Below the pieces are notes generated by a model, which was not told the DNA's origin, did no database searches, and was given only the letters and a program-made list of their open reading frames with translations. Source: Phoronis australis (Eukaryota; Animalia; Phoronida). Taken from it: a stretch of DNA of 64,000 nucleotides. The translations under genes were made by a program, and so were the position numbers. Each line of letters opens with the position of its first letter. Position 1 is the stretch's first letter. The stretch lies in assembly GCA_002633005.1 (NCBI GenBank), contig NMRA01000011.1:629370-693369 (forward strand), read 5' to 3'. This document shows positions 14,001 to 26,989 of this stretch, in pieces.

Positions 14001-14509
14001 GCTGCCGCATGGCCCCAAATTGCTTCAAAAGGAGGTAGCTATCCCACCTCAAATCACAGTCCTGGGGACGTAGGTTTGCGATACACACTAGTAGTTAATC
14101 CGAAATCAGGTCGAGTAACCAAAACAACTCAGAAATGAAGAAATTGTTACTCTCAACCTCCATGGTAAACTTGACATAATTAAAAAGAAAATTCGTCCAA
14201 TCTAGGAATGACTTTAGCATCGTCGCGTCCATTATTGGCAATTTGCTCCTTCAGTCAGGTTGTCCTTGCTGTGGTTTTTATGCTGTGTGGAAGACTTGAA
14301 TTTTTTACCTGGCTTGAGTCTAGATAGAACACCGCGCAGAGTGGTAGTGTGGTTTATCGGGCTTTTGCGTTGGCAAGGCTATTTGACCGGCTGCGCACAC
14401 GATGTGCGTCGCCAGTGCCTTGTGTGCCCGTTCCGCCAACGCTGGCCTCACTGCGGTGTTTCCTGAGGCCAGGGTTCCTGATCATGACAATGGCTATGCC
14501 AGGCTCCTT

Positions 14510-16620
14510 TGCCCGGTTGCATGAAACAGTCCCAAATAGGGACTCAACTAAGTTCTCTAAATCTACTGCGTAGTTTTGGACCTGTGAAAACATCGGTTGC
14601 CCTTTCTTGTCTTGTTTTAGTTTCATTTCTAAGAGAACTTTTGACTTTCGATACAAATCGAGTGTGAACTCTATCTTGAATTGTCAATATTGTCAAAAAT
14701 AATCAGGGATCTTTTCATGCAACACCCCCTATTTAAAGTCCTTCTCTCAAACTGCCCATGTGGTTCCAGTATCCGACAATACTTACTACATAAATTCTTA
14801 TTTTCGACACCCTTTCTTTATATTCTTTTCGCCTTTCTTTCCAAAAGCGATTTTTTAACAGTATTTGACCCTTCTCTCTGAGCGTATGATTACCGGTTGT
14901 CATCGGTTATTTCCGTACCCACATTTCCGGCTCATCAGTTCAGGAACTTGTCCTGAGCGCCGCCATTTTTTCCTTGTAACTGAATGTGCTATGGCTTGCT
15001 CGAAAAGTCTTCATTATTTTGTTTTATTAGTAATATATCGTGATTCGTTTGCATATGTAGTGTATTTATAGTTTGTAGTTAGTGGTCGTTGATTTTTTTG
15101 GAATGTTACGCGTACTTTGTATGTTAAAATAACATTGGTGTTTAGTTCCTTACGTAGGCGGGTCGAACCTAGGAACCAATATGGGTCGAACCAATTTTTT
15201 TGTTTTATTTTTTTCCTCGTTTTGAAAAAGTACTTTGCTATCATCGGAAAGGTAGTACATTCTACTCAGTAAAAATCGAAAAAGTATCAAAATCGGGGCA
15301 AGCACTGTAAAGTTATTGCAAGTTTTGTGGCGAAATTTGGGTCACTTTGTTTGGATCGCGTCGGCCATATTGGAGGACAGCGGGATGAGTTACGAGTTTA
15401 AAACTTTGTGTAAATTGTTTTCGCCAACAAATTACGGTGAAATTTAGTTAGACATATCTTTACTTACTATTCTGCACGATTTAGCAGTGTTCACCAAATT
15501 TCAGCCTCGCAGTTGTTACTCATTAAGTGATAAATGTGCTCACAATTCCCGTTGGACTTCGTCTCATTTCTGGCGGCACCTACAATGTCGACTTTTGCTG
15601 AACTGAAAGGCATGTTCAATCGGCTACTTTGTAATTTGTGAAGATTTAACGTTGATACATTTTGACAAACGTTGCTACAAAAAAGAAACTTTGTTCAATT
15701 TTCGTGTTTTTTGTGTTTGTGGCCAGCGACCAGTTAGGCCTAAGGGTAGTCTTGGCGCAAAGCTGTCTAGGCCTACTAACAAGCTGTATTTTGACTATAG
15801 TCTTCACTGGTAGCTGGTGACTGAGGCTAACTAAAGTCTGCCGCGGCAGTGTGACACAGGACTAACCAGCCCGTAATTTCATGCAAGTGTCTGAAACTAC
15901 CCTTGAATATATGCAGCATTTATCATTTGACCATTTTACTTCGACAAAACAGCTTGCAACCGCATGCATTTACCGTTCGCCAGTGTCTGGTCTCGATCCG
16001 CACCGGGTCCGATAGGCTGCGGTCCCGAGTCTGGCAAAATAATTTCTGTCAAAATTTATTCGCCACATTTCTTCAGCAAATTCCATAAAATTGTCCGTAG
16101 TTTGATTTTATCAAAATTAAGGCGCGCTGTCGATTTTTTTATCCCCGTTTGCTGGCTGGTAACAGTACAGGCACTGCTCCAGTCGCACTGACGGCGTTTT
16201 CTCGGCCTGGGTTCCTGAATGAATTGTACTTCCGGGTTCGCGGCAAGTTCAAAATGGCGGTGTTTCTTCGGGTGCGAATCGTGAGTGGCGCGTTCATTTA
16301 AACTTTTTTCGAGTACGGATCGTGTATTAGTTATGGGGTAGGTACTTCTTGGATCCTTATAACATCTTCTAACCATGTAATAAGGGTTAACAACGCGTGA
16401 GAGAAGGACTTTAAGGGCTGAATCCCTATTTATTTTCAATAAACTCTTGGCTCTGTGTTTAGTTATATTGTTAGAAAATGTCATTAATCAAAGAGGACGA
16501 GCTTATAATACAGATGAAATGATAGAGAAATATTACATCCATGAGTTCATAAAGACACAGCAAAAAGATTTTGGGACCTTAGTTGAGTCTCTATTTGGGA
16601 CTGTTTCATGCAACTGGGCA
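14510..16620. mobile_element. Non-autonomous DNA transposon, PIF/Harbinger-like
   Basis: ~55 bp terminal inverted repeats (tgcccggttgcatgaaacagtcccaaatag... / ...ctatttgggactgtttcatgcaactgggca) with 3 bp flanks ctt/ctg. The paralogous empty site is visible at ~13760. Confidence 0.8.
14737..16410. mobile_element. Nested TTAA-inserting element (Kolobok-like)
   Basis: TTAA on both sides (14733-14736, 16411-16414) and a perfect 13 bp TIR agtccttctctca / tgagagaaggact. Confidence 0.7.
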
Positions 16621-17754
16621 CTGGTCCGTGGGGCTGTTCGCATCCGGGCCCTACGTGCTCTGGGAATGTTATGACGTTCAACTCAGCTGGGGTTGTGGTA
16701 GATAACTTTTATTTGGAAGACCCTGTGTCGTGTTCCGTGATATATGTTCTATTCTGTTTGACTGTTGTGTCGGAGGATGACAATCAGTGCCTAATTATAA
16801 TATTGAGAAGTCGTCGGTGCTGCACCCTTGCGTCGTTATTTTTCCTGCGTTTAAATTTCTTATACTATTCATAACCATGGCCATTGTCTCATAATATTTT
16901 GAATAGTAAGTTTTGAACAACACACTACTGTAAAGTATTATTACTACCATCGCTAGCGCTACGCAACTTCTGTCGTACAGCTACGATAATACGGAATCCA
17001 CCACAGGTTCTATCGATGTTACACTATATAGAAGGTACCCAAGAGCCATCGAACATAGCGGCCCAGCAGGCACTTCTGGAGTAACTCAAATTTCTGCAAT
17101 CTGAAAGTATTTTACATACATGTAAGACACTTCATCTGCCGCTTTGATACCCTCTATCACAGCACCACCTTTAAAATGATCATGAACAACACGTGGAATT
17201 TCAGGTGTGAACATTACTGCGCATGTCTTGGTTTGGGCGTTTGCCACATTCATCATTGGTAAGGGAAATAGCCGAATCGTTGTGTTGTTTTGAGTTGACG
17301 CTTTGTAATCTTTTGTGTGCTAAAAACATGACTTGTTTGAAACGCATTGATTTACTCTGTTCTTGTGATTTTAATAACCGTCTGCAAGCCACAAAGACAT
17401 TTTTCAATAGATGGAGCTGTATACTTAGTGTGTTTCTCAACATCAACCAATGGCAACGTTTGAACGTTTACTGTCGGATCTTGCTGCGGCAGCCGAAAGC
17501 CATAAGTGTTTTGGCCTATAGCAATAGATACAGCAGTATTCCGGTGAACAGCCACTATCTGTGTCACACGTGTACACTTTTTATTCGTCGAAACTTCACA
17601 GAGGGCGTCCCGTTTGCTACTTGTACACCTGTTTAAAGCTGCATTTGGCTGATTGAAAACGAATATCCAATGATGCTTTTGACTCTAATAAAGTTTCCCT
17701 CATAATATTACTTATGGTGTTAAAATTCTATTTCCAGAGCCAATAAGAACATCA

Positions 17755-20700
17755 CTAAACGGCTTCAAAGTTTATGTGGCTTGGCCATACAACCGTAAAC
17801 TTGCGATTTCGATAGTGTCCACATTGCTTGTGACTTGAGCTGGTAAATATATAGGATCCTGTCACCATAAGGATTATTATAGGATTCATTCTATGAAAGT
17901 AAAAGGCCTGATTCGGTTGTCGGGTTTTTTGATAGCAAAACAGTACGAAAACAGAGTTAACAAAGACTTGTGACGATGAGAAATGCGTCAGTGTCCTGCG
18001 CCATCTATTGAGAAGTGTTTTTGTGGCTAGCGGCTGCAACCACAAGAGCGGAATGAATCGATGAATTACAAACGATTTCGGATTTTCTTCTCACTCTCAA
18101 AATTACAAGGCGTCAAACCACCGACAAAACGATTCACCGCACTTTTCTGTCAATACGACAACCGTCCAAACCAAGACATACACACTGATGCCCACACACG
18201 GTTTGTGATTCGGGCTGACAGAATTATGTATCTTTCGGAAATTTCGATTGACTGGGGAATAACGATCACACATTCCGATTCGTTGATGCAGAGAGATGCA
18301 CAAAAATACTTTTCTATTTATGAAAGTTTTGACTTGTAACTATCGCAACAAGATCGGACAAACTATTCCGGCACACACGCCCATGTTCTTGACCCACACT
18401 TGGTCAAATGAAACATCGCATTAGTCTCCGGCTCATTCCCGTGCCATATGTATTCAACAAACATTCAAATCCAGACATGCACACTGACCCACACACACAC
18501 ACCCGGCACACTGATGTCTTGTCTTGAGTGTCAACCATCGTCCTTTCACAGAACCACTCTCCCGTGTAGGTGGCGCTGTGATGTACACTTTCTCAGAGTA
18601 CAAGAGGTAGCATTGTGAAAGGATCACGCAACATGGATTCCCATTGAAAAAACAGAACTGCAGAAATTCTGATTGGTTGGAAAATAACATTCGAACCTTC
18701 TGATTGGTTGGTGTTGCAAAATGCATACTTAATACTTCTCAATCTTGTAAAATGGATGTGTGGTTTGGGGCTGCTGAATCAAACAGATTCGATTAAATAG
18801 AGACATTCTGTACACGTTTGTGTCTTGTGACACACTCAACATAAATAGGTGTAAAATAAAACAATTAACCAGCCCCTCCGGCTTATTCCCAGTCATATGT
18901 TTACGATAAACATGCAAACCCCGTAGACGCAGTGATCCTCACAGTGAAGCATCCTTTCCCAGAACCACGAGAGGTGTCGCTGCGACAGAGGGGTGACGAC
19001 AGTGTTTAGCATGTTTGTAAAGTAACAGAAAATTATATTGATGTGGCCACTCAGTGTCCTTGCTGGGAGGAGAGTCGAGTTTTGTTATTTTAACGTCAAA
19101 TCACGCGAGCTCGTAAGAGATTGGAATCGACTAATCACTGTATGGATCTATTCTTTTTAGTGCTGCAGCTGCGATGCCTCTACCACCGCAAGTACCACTG
19201 AGCTGTGCCGCTGTTGTTCCACCTGACGCTGGCGATGGTGCTGCTGCGTGGCATAGCAGGGTGCCTTGCGGGTTCGAGATTGGCGCCGCTACTGCTACTG
19301 CCGCCGCCGAACCTCCGTCACCGCTGCCTCTGCTGACGGTTATAGGATATATTGACAGATATTACGAAGAATGATCTTTATGATAATTGATATTCGCTTT
19401 TTTCGTGGGCTGTTTTATGTCTTTTTGATATTTTTTCCTTGGTGTTTTGTGTTTGGTTTTGTTTTATATGTAATTTATTCAAGAACGTTTGAAGTAAAGC
19501 ACTCAAGACAAACCTAACTGCTTGAACAATGCATATGATTTTCATTAAAAGTAACAGTTATTGCTACCAGTATTAAGGCGTAGGGCTGTCATATTAATCG
19601 ACCAAGCCTGTGGCGCCAAAACATGTGTTACCAAACATTTTCATTTTGTGAACAAAGATTAATCCGTCCATTCACCTACTACAGGTAGCACCCGACAGCT
19701 GATCCAGAGCAACAGTTTCCACGAACAGTTCTTGTTTTCGAACCTCAAATGAAACCGACCCACTCACACAGAAAAGCGGACAACTAGTAGGGGGCATTTT
19801 AATTTCAAAACAATGGCAGTAGCGATAAGTGCCGAAAGTTGCCTCACTTCCCGTTAGGAACACCTCGGGTATTATCATAGCCTCAAATGTGCGACCTTCA
19901 ATCATATACAGCCAACCATTCTTTAGTCGGAAAGTCACACGACTGTATGACTGAAGTTCGCACATGTGCAGACAACGTTGACCTCCGAGAGAAAATTCGA
20001 GGGTACTAAAATACCCGAAGTGTTCCGGATGTCTCAAAACGTGGCACCACGAATAATATCCGAAACCATCAGACTGGAAACAGAACAGGATCTAATTAAG
20101 TAGATAATGACGATAATTACGAGATCGGAAAGCTTGGGAAATTGGTGGTAAAATTGATACAGTCAATAAACACGTGTTTTATGAAAAACGGTATATCAGT
20201 TAGGAACTGAGGCATTATTGAATTCTCATGTTTTACTTATAGTTGAGCATTTTTAAGTAGAAACATAAATTGTCTCTTTTGTGTGGAGCCACTAAATTGT
20301 AAATAGACAGCGTCAATGGTCAGTGGTTTGCAAGTAAGAAAATTTCGAAATAAACCTTTTAATATGTTTGTTGAAAATAGGGGAATTTGGTGAGAACTGG
20401 GTGATTTTGCAGTCCTCAGTAACAATACATAGTCATTGTTAAACTGTAGCAATAAGCGGGGCTAACTTGTCAAGATGACGTCACCACTGCTTTCCTATTC
20501 TATTTTAAGAAGGCGCTTTGAAGCCCAAAATATTAAAAACGTTTGAATTTTGTTGGTATGTGTCTACGAAGTATGTGATCCCTTGACGTTCAACATATAA
20601 GCCATGCACCTTATGACCTAAATTCAACATGTAAGCCATGCACCTTATGACCTAAATTCAACATGTAAGCCATGCACCTTATGACCTAAATTCAACATGT

Positions 20701-20850
20701 AAGCCATGCACCTTATGACCTAAATTCAACATCCCCGTTTTCCCATAGCTACAATTCAACTTCGGTAAATATATGTTCTACTGGAGTTTCGTTGGTGTTA
20801 TTTTCAGCACTTCAAATCACAATTCCATAGGGACAAATAACGGCATGATA
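17755..20850 (-). pseudogene. Decayed LRR-7TM GPCR gene relic F, tail-to-tail with E
   Basis: LRRs LKGLFRNFL, HPEHFGYFSTLEFSLGG and LKNGWLYMIEGRTFEAM. TM1-2 GLVNCFIL..TNVYRMSL, TM6 LATKTLL, TM7 RMNPIII. Its TM5-6 DNA resembles the reverse complement of 17200-17415. Confidence 0.6.
20589..20732. repeat. 34 bp minisatellite x4.2
   Basis: Unit ttcaacatgtaagccatgcaccttatgacctaaa; contiguous, with one substitution. Confidence 0.97.
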
Positions 20851-21499
20851 TACTTCCTAAGCTCCCCTGCATCATCAGTCATTTACTGGTCAGCTTTTAA
20901 TTGATTTTCTAAAGCCAGCAAGACTACGGAGGCATGTAACCTCTTATCACTAAGACACTTTCTTAGTTACAACTAATTAAGTCGCGTTCATGACGATAAA
21001 ATGCTCTATTTGAAGCTGGTAGGATTAAGAATGACTTAATTTTATTGTTTTGTTACAAAAACCGCACATTCTTGACCCTCTTGCTTCAGCAACTCCTCGT
21101 CATAATGTAGAAAATGAGGGAGCTTGCACAGCGACAAACCGTCGTATTTATCGGTCTGGCGCGGTTGAACTGGCGTAAAATTTATACCTTACAACGGGTA
21201 GGGCGCTTAGAATAGTAAACGACATTGTTATTAGACGCGTAGTAGATTGACGAGCCATTTCACACTATTCTGAATATGATAGTGAGAATAACCAAAATTG
21301 AAGTCTAGATACCACAGCTAGCATGTAATTGTTGAATGTACCATTCAAGGGTTCAGTGGGTCAACATTTCAATGACAAGACACTTATTCGTTAAAATAAT
21401 GTACATAGTGGTAATTTAGAGCTACCGTGGTTAATTTCAATATGTAAACAATCTTACAATATTAAAATCATTTACAACAGGTTGTGTAAATATAATCTC

Positions 21500-24000
21500 A
21501 TTTTATGTAGGCCTACAGAGTGATCCAAAAGCGCTCTATTTCAAACTTTTGTCTTCATGTTTTTACAGCGTTACTCAATACTTTCAAGTGGTGCAGACAG
21601 CACGCTTGGGAGATACCTTCAATCTAGATCGAATTGGATCGCACGCTAACCAGTACAGATAAAAATCTTTGAGGTCTACTTTTCCAAAAAAATCGATGCT
21701 TCTAACGACGGCAGTGCAGGCGAGATTTTGGCAAAAGACTATTTGCATCTGATACAGGGACAATTGAACGTAAAGCGGCTAAATTTCAGGAGATTTGAAG
21801 TGCATTAAATGCAAATAAATGTCACGGTGACAGCGGTCGACCTCTCTCAGCCAGAATTCTCCCCTCGTAGTTGTCGTGGACGCTTTCCTTTTTCACGTCT
21901 AACTAACAAGCCAAGGTCATGTTCAATCTTCTGACTAATATCCCTAGAACATGACAGTTGTACATCACAGTCAAGGTCATATTCCATTCTCTTAGTTTAA
22001 TTCCGACAACATTCTAGTTGTTCCGTCTTTATCGCAAACGGTAGGTCTCTACAAAACTTGTGTTTTGTTGGGAACAGTTGAAGGTATATCCGAAGGATCC
22101 TCACCATCTTGCGACCTTGAGATGCCAAACTACTGGCTGAAAGAGGTCGCTGCGACTGTGGTCATTATTAGTATTAGTATACTCTCAACGAATTTGACCA
22201 CAAAAAGTCCAGTAGCCCCCTTTTGTTATTTGTGTTAAAACAATCTGCCAGCTGTCTGCACCTGAAAATATCGTGGAAAATTTGAGATGAAATGAGGGCA
22301 CTTTTAGACTACCTTGTAAATTAAAATGTAACACAGTTCTTGTACACTGTCTTCATCATTGCCAAATCATAAGAGAAGTATCACCTGGGAGTAATGAGAT
22401 ATTGGTCCTAGGTATCACTAACTCAACATGTCGCCTCCATGACGTCACAAGTCGTAATGAATGCTGCAGTTTAGGGTTGGTTTTAATTATGTTTTCTGAT
22501 TCCTCTTCGTTGACACACACTTCTAATTAAGGCTAGACCAAAACAACGTGGCTAAATTAAATAAAATTCTGATCTGAAACTTTTCAGACGGAATCTGACA
22601 TCATCAGCTCAACACAGCCTGCACAGAGGTGACGTAGTTAACCTCAGCATCAATTCACTCCGTGTAAAAACACTCCTAGGATTATTATCATTTTCATGGG
22701 CGATAGACTTGATAGCTATTTGTATGCTAATCCTTCATCGATCAAACTACCGTATTAGTACCAACATCTTGCATGGGGCTGGCGTATCTCGCTTTCTTAT
22801 TGACCGATTTTTGACTCTACCCATCATAGAGTTTTGGTGTGCACGTTAGGAAACCTTGAAATCACGTGATTTTGGAATGGAAGTTACTGAATGTGTGCTT
22901 AAATATCGAAAACAACCCACATGTTGGTGACCGGTAACAATGTTCGTCCACGGGGTCTTTTTTGCCGAAATCCGTTTCCTGTTTCATTTTGAGTGTCGAT
23001 TGAAAAAACCAACTCATCACAATAAAGACATCCTTCTTGTTCTTCAAAGCCGAACCTGATTTTAATACGAAGATTATTTTACATCGTGGCGATCGCAAAA
23101 GATTCAGCCTATTTGCAGACGAGCAATACTGTTGTGATTTGCGGTGCTCCGGATTCGAACATAAATTGCCAACTTAAAACAATCCTTTTCGATATTAAAT
23201 TCAATTTTCTAGAAATTATGCTTTACAAGTAGATTCAGTGACTCCGGTTTGCTTGTGCTTATATCTCCGAGAATGTTGTGGAACAGGAAGGTCCACTTGT
23301 TTGGTTGTCGATTCCCATTTCTTTAAAATGGCGGCTCCCTGTAGCTGCGTTGGCTTGCAGTACAGTAACCGAAGAATGTGTTGCGATTTCAGGTTGCCCT
23401 CAAACAATCCAGAATGATATGAGTGGATAGCAACGATTTTGTACCACGTTTCTGGAATTCTGCTTTTGGAATTTAGTGTTGACTCATGTCGAGTATTAGT
23501 AAGGAAGCGGTCACGTGGTTTGGGGCAGAAAAGTGTCAATGACACCTTTTTCTGAGCTTGGATTCCTTTTCGATGGAAGTAAAATGGACAAAAATATGAG
23601 ATGGAAGAAAATTTCTGTGTTCAGGTGTAGTGCTTCGGAGGGACATGGCTTACAACGTTTCATTTTGTTCAACGAAGTAGATAAAACATGGTTAGTCCAG
23701 TGATATATTTGCACTGCCAGACAAAAAATTCCAGTGAGAATTGTTATCAATGAAGAAGGTAATCACGTGGGATTTACTGCCAAATAGACATGTTGTATGT
23801 TTAGATTTAAGAGCATGACAATACACACACTTTACGGACAAAGGAAAGATGATCAATTTTATCAAATTAATCTACCTCACGGCACTTGACAATCTCACGC
23901 TGCGCATTGCTCGGCTGGGTCGTCTCCAACTATCTGATATTTCAGGCTACCAGAACAGCACATGCGTGGCACTCACAAACGTAATTTATCACTTTTAATC
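21500..24000 (-). pseudogene. Decayed LRR-7TM GPCR gene relic G
   Basis: IVKC, ITILTGIF, LHLNTEIFFHLIFLSIL, HSYHSGLFEGNL, SIFKHTFSNF. TM1 VLGIL, TM2 FICI*CTSNLL (21787-21819), ICL2/TM4 DPIRSRLKVSPKRAV..Y*V (21571-21640). Confidence 0.65.
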
Positions 24001-24599
24001 ACAGCTCTCTACTCATGAAAACGGCTCTGTGAGCCCCCAACCAATTTCCCCTACCGTGTTTGAGATTACTGGCAAGACTTTGTGAATCGATTATTTGGGT
24101 TTACTAGGTCCCTTAGCCTTCTGGCAAAGTTTGAAGCAGCTGCAAGTCATGTTTTGGTGTTAAATACTTTTTTTTCACGTTGGAGCTTACTCTTCTGAAA
24201 AACAATGTAATAGGGTTCATATCCTTTGTTTCAATTGAAATCGTTTGCAATAAATCACCTGGAAATTCTTGACGCCATATTGCCTAGACTACTGAAACTA
24301 TCCTACCGTGCCAAGCAACTAATGAACCAGGTGTGAACCAGTGACGACTTCAGTTCATCTCAAGCTTAGAAATCATTTTTAATCTAAAGAAGATGTGAGA
24401 CCGATTTTATGAACGTAAGTGGACTAAATGAAAAGTTGGTTTTGACATAAGGCGTGGGTTTATTGCCCTTTTAATGAGAAGACAGAGAAGACAGTCACGT
24501 GACTGACTGAGAGTTAAGGAGTTATACTCTACAAAAAAGTGTCCTTCCATTTAGACATGATACAGTGACTGACCGATGTTGCGGCGACATGATAACATA

Positions 24600-25960
24600 T
24601 ATCTTCCGGCTATATGGCGCTGGAGTATTTAGCTAACGGACAGCGTTCTGTTATCTTGTATGAAGTAAGATTTCCCAGCAGCGTTTATTTAGTGTTTTAC
24701 AAACCACCTTGCCGTCAAATTCCATGTGTAGTGAAGCGGGATACTCCAACGATTAGCACGAAATGTTTTATGTCTCAAAATGTTCTTGAATGAAAGCAAT
24801 CGCGTCCCGACGTGCCCAACGGAAATACAATTGGGTGAATTGCTGAAAGGTAACACTGTCGAATGTCGTTTAACATGACATCTCATTGGTTAAAGTAATG
24901 AAAGTAGCCTCATAACATTCAGTCATTCCCATTGTTTGAAAGGTGGGAAACCCCTTTCAATTTACAGCTATTAAGACTTGCTGCGACCACATTTGGCTTG
25001 AATAGCTCAGTGCATTTTATTAAAACGGGCAGTGATAATAAGAGTTGTAAGTCGAATGATCCACGTTCGAGCAACACTGTGTCCCAACCGACCAACGATA
25101 GAATCGCCATGCCGGGCTTTCAATATGTCAATTTGTGATTTGGGCTTACGCCGAGAAAACAGTGCATGTATTTTTTCGACAGGTACGCGCTGGCAGTCTG
25201 ACGGGAAGCCAAAGAGAACAATAAGCAAACAGATTTTTTTCTCAAATTCCATGAACTGAACATGTTGTCAAAAATTATTGTTTTTTGGTAGGCGTCGAAT
25301 GTACCAGTATTCAAGCGCACATAATATGTCACCAGACTGTAAATTCAAAAGCATGAAACTTGCTTTTTAAAAGTCTACTAAACTACATTTAGGCCTACTA
25401 AAGAATATAGACAGCGATGTACTCACTTAAAGCTTAAAACAAAGAGTGTTTTGTCACCGTGGTAAATCCTCAAAAGTTTGGAGCACTGTTTAGTTGACAA
25501 CTGCTCACAAAGTTTGCTAAATTGTCACACGTGGCTGTCGCTTTATGTTAAATCGAATTCTGGGCAGCATAGCCATCTTTTGTACTTATCAATAACATAG
25601 AGATGAAATGTAAAAATAAGGCTTTAAGCATTTCACACGACGACTATAATAAATTACGCACATCAAGTTGTAGACATTAGGAAGATATTTGGTGGCTCTG
25701 AGGAGGCCTTAACGGTGTAGCCACGGGAAACGGAACCGAAACTTTGAGAGAAGTCAGACGCAGTCGTTTGGTCTCCCCTGAACATAAAAAAATATTGAGA
25801 CAGGACAATTTTCCTTGTCAAATAGTAACTGGTTTTTGACATCAAAACGATCGAATTTACATTTAATTGACATGAAGCGTTCATGTCCTGGCACGGTTGA
25901 CTAACCCTGTCAATTTTCATTGGATTTTGACAATTTCTTGGTTACCAGTGCCTAGAATGA
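24600..25960 (-). pseudogene. Decayed LRR gene relic H
   Basis: G*STVP, PPNIF, RLNTGTFDAY, AILSLVGWDTVLLERGSFDL, KLKGVSHLSNN, ILRHKTFRAN. Confidence 0.55.
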
Positions 25961-26989
25961 TTTTTGGGAATGGAAATCCTTTTCTATCGTGATATGAACC
26001 CCTTTGAGACGTATGTTGCGTGGTTGGGTAAGTTGTTTTTAATTTATGTTTTATGGGACGGGAAAGCAAAGAATTAGATAAAGTCGACCCACTGGGCTCA
26101 CTGTAGAATACACATCAGTACGTACGTGCCTGCAACCTATAATGTGTTGGGTATATCACAGTAGAAATTAAAACAGAGATTCTCCTACCAACGACAAGTA
26201 GCTTGTACAGAATTATTCCCAGTTCATTTAATCAGTCTTAAGGGACGTTTCCCTTTCTAAATGTGAATCAGTTCATTCATCGATCGCTAAATAGTTGTGA
26301 AACCAAATGATATCCTCAACATTGTTATACTAAATTAAAATAAATTAAATAAATGCTTCACAGATAACAACATTTTGGTGATGTTTTTGTAAACAGAACA
26401 ACCCTAGTGTTTTCCAATCTATAATATTTTACGTTCGCAGTGGTATCACAAAGTTATTATTTATCTTCATTATTCACCTATATCCTCATATAAAACAAGA
26501 CTTAGAGCGGCTTTCATGTCTTTGATTCAACTGGAGGTACAATTCGTGTTTGATTATTGCGTCATTCAGTAATTCACTTAAGTATACGTCTGTGAGTTCT
26601 GTATATGACAACAGCTGAATGTGACGCTTAAGCTAAATATATCATGTGAGTTTCTGAAAACATTTTATTCATTAATTTGATGCATTTCAATAAAAACTTA
26701 AAATAGCAGTTAGTAATTGATGTCAAAATACAAACTTTTAAAAATCGCTCGTGACCTCCGCATTTCACGTTTTGAAGTACTCAATGATTAGAGTGTGGAA
26801 ACTATTGCATGACCGCACCACTAAATTCTAGCTACGAGTCCCTTAACCCCTGTACCGGACCAGCAAACTTCAAATCCACGGTACCTATTCCATGCGCGCA
26901 TGTCTTAACTTCATACCCACTGCCCCAATACTCCATACCCGTTGGCCGAGCGTTAGACCCGGACCCTAATGATGGATATGGGTTTGGTC

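Larger units (their letters stand above)
12855..17636 (+). pseudogene. Decayed LRR-7TM GPCR gene relic E, split by a 2.1 kb transposon
   Basis: LRRNT GCAFKCSCLIQMSTWVIYCLLQEPRQFIPLKL. LRRs to ~13400; LRRCT LSLD..P..C.CGL at ~14310-14375. After the insertion: GCSHP, TM1-2 VIYVLFCLTVV..N..LIIILRSRR..TLASLFFL, YCKV, TM6 RLQATKTFF and TM7 ISVLAYSN...FIRRNFTEG. Confidence 0.7.

Noticed and set aside
20589-20732. 34 bp repeats as a CRISPR array
   Set aside because: The units are contiguous with no unique spacers, there are no cas genes, and the context is eukaryotic.
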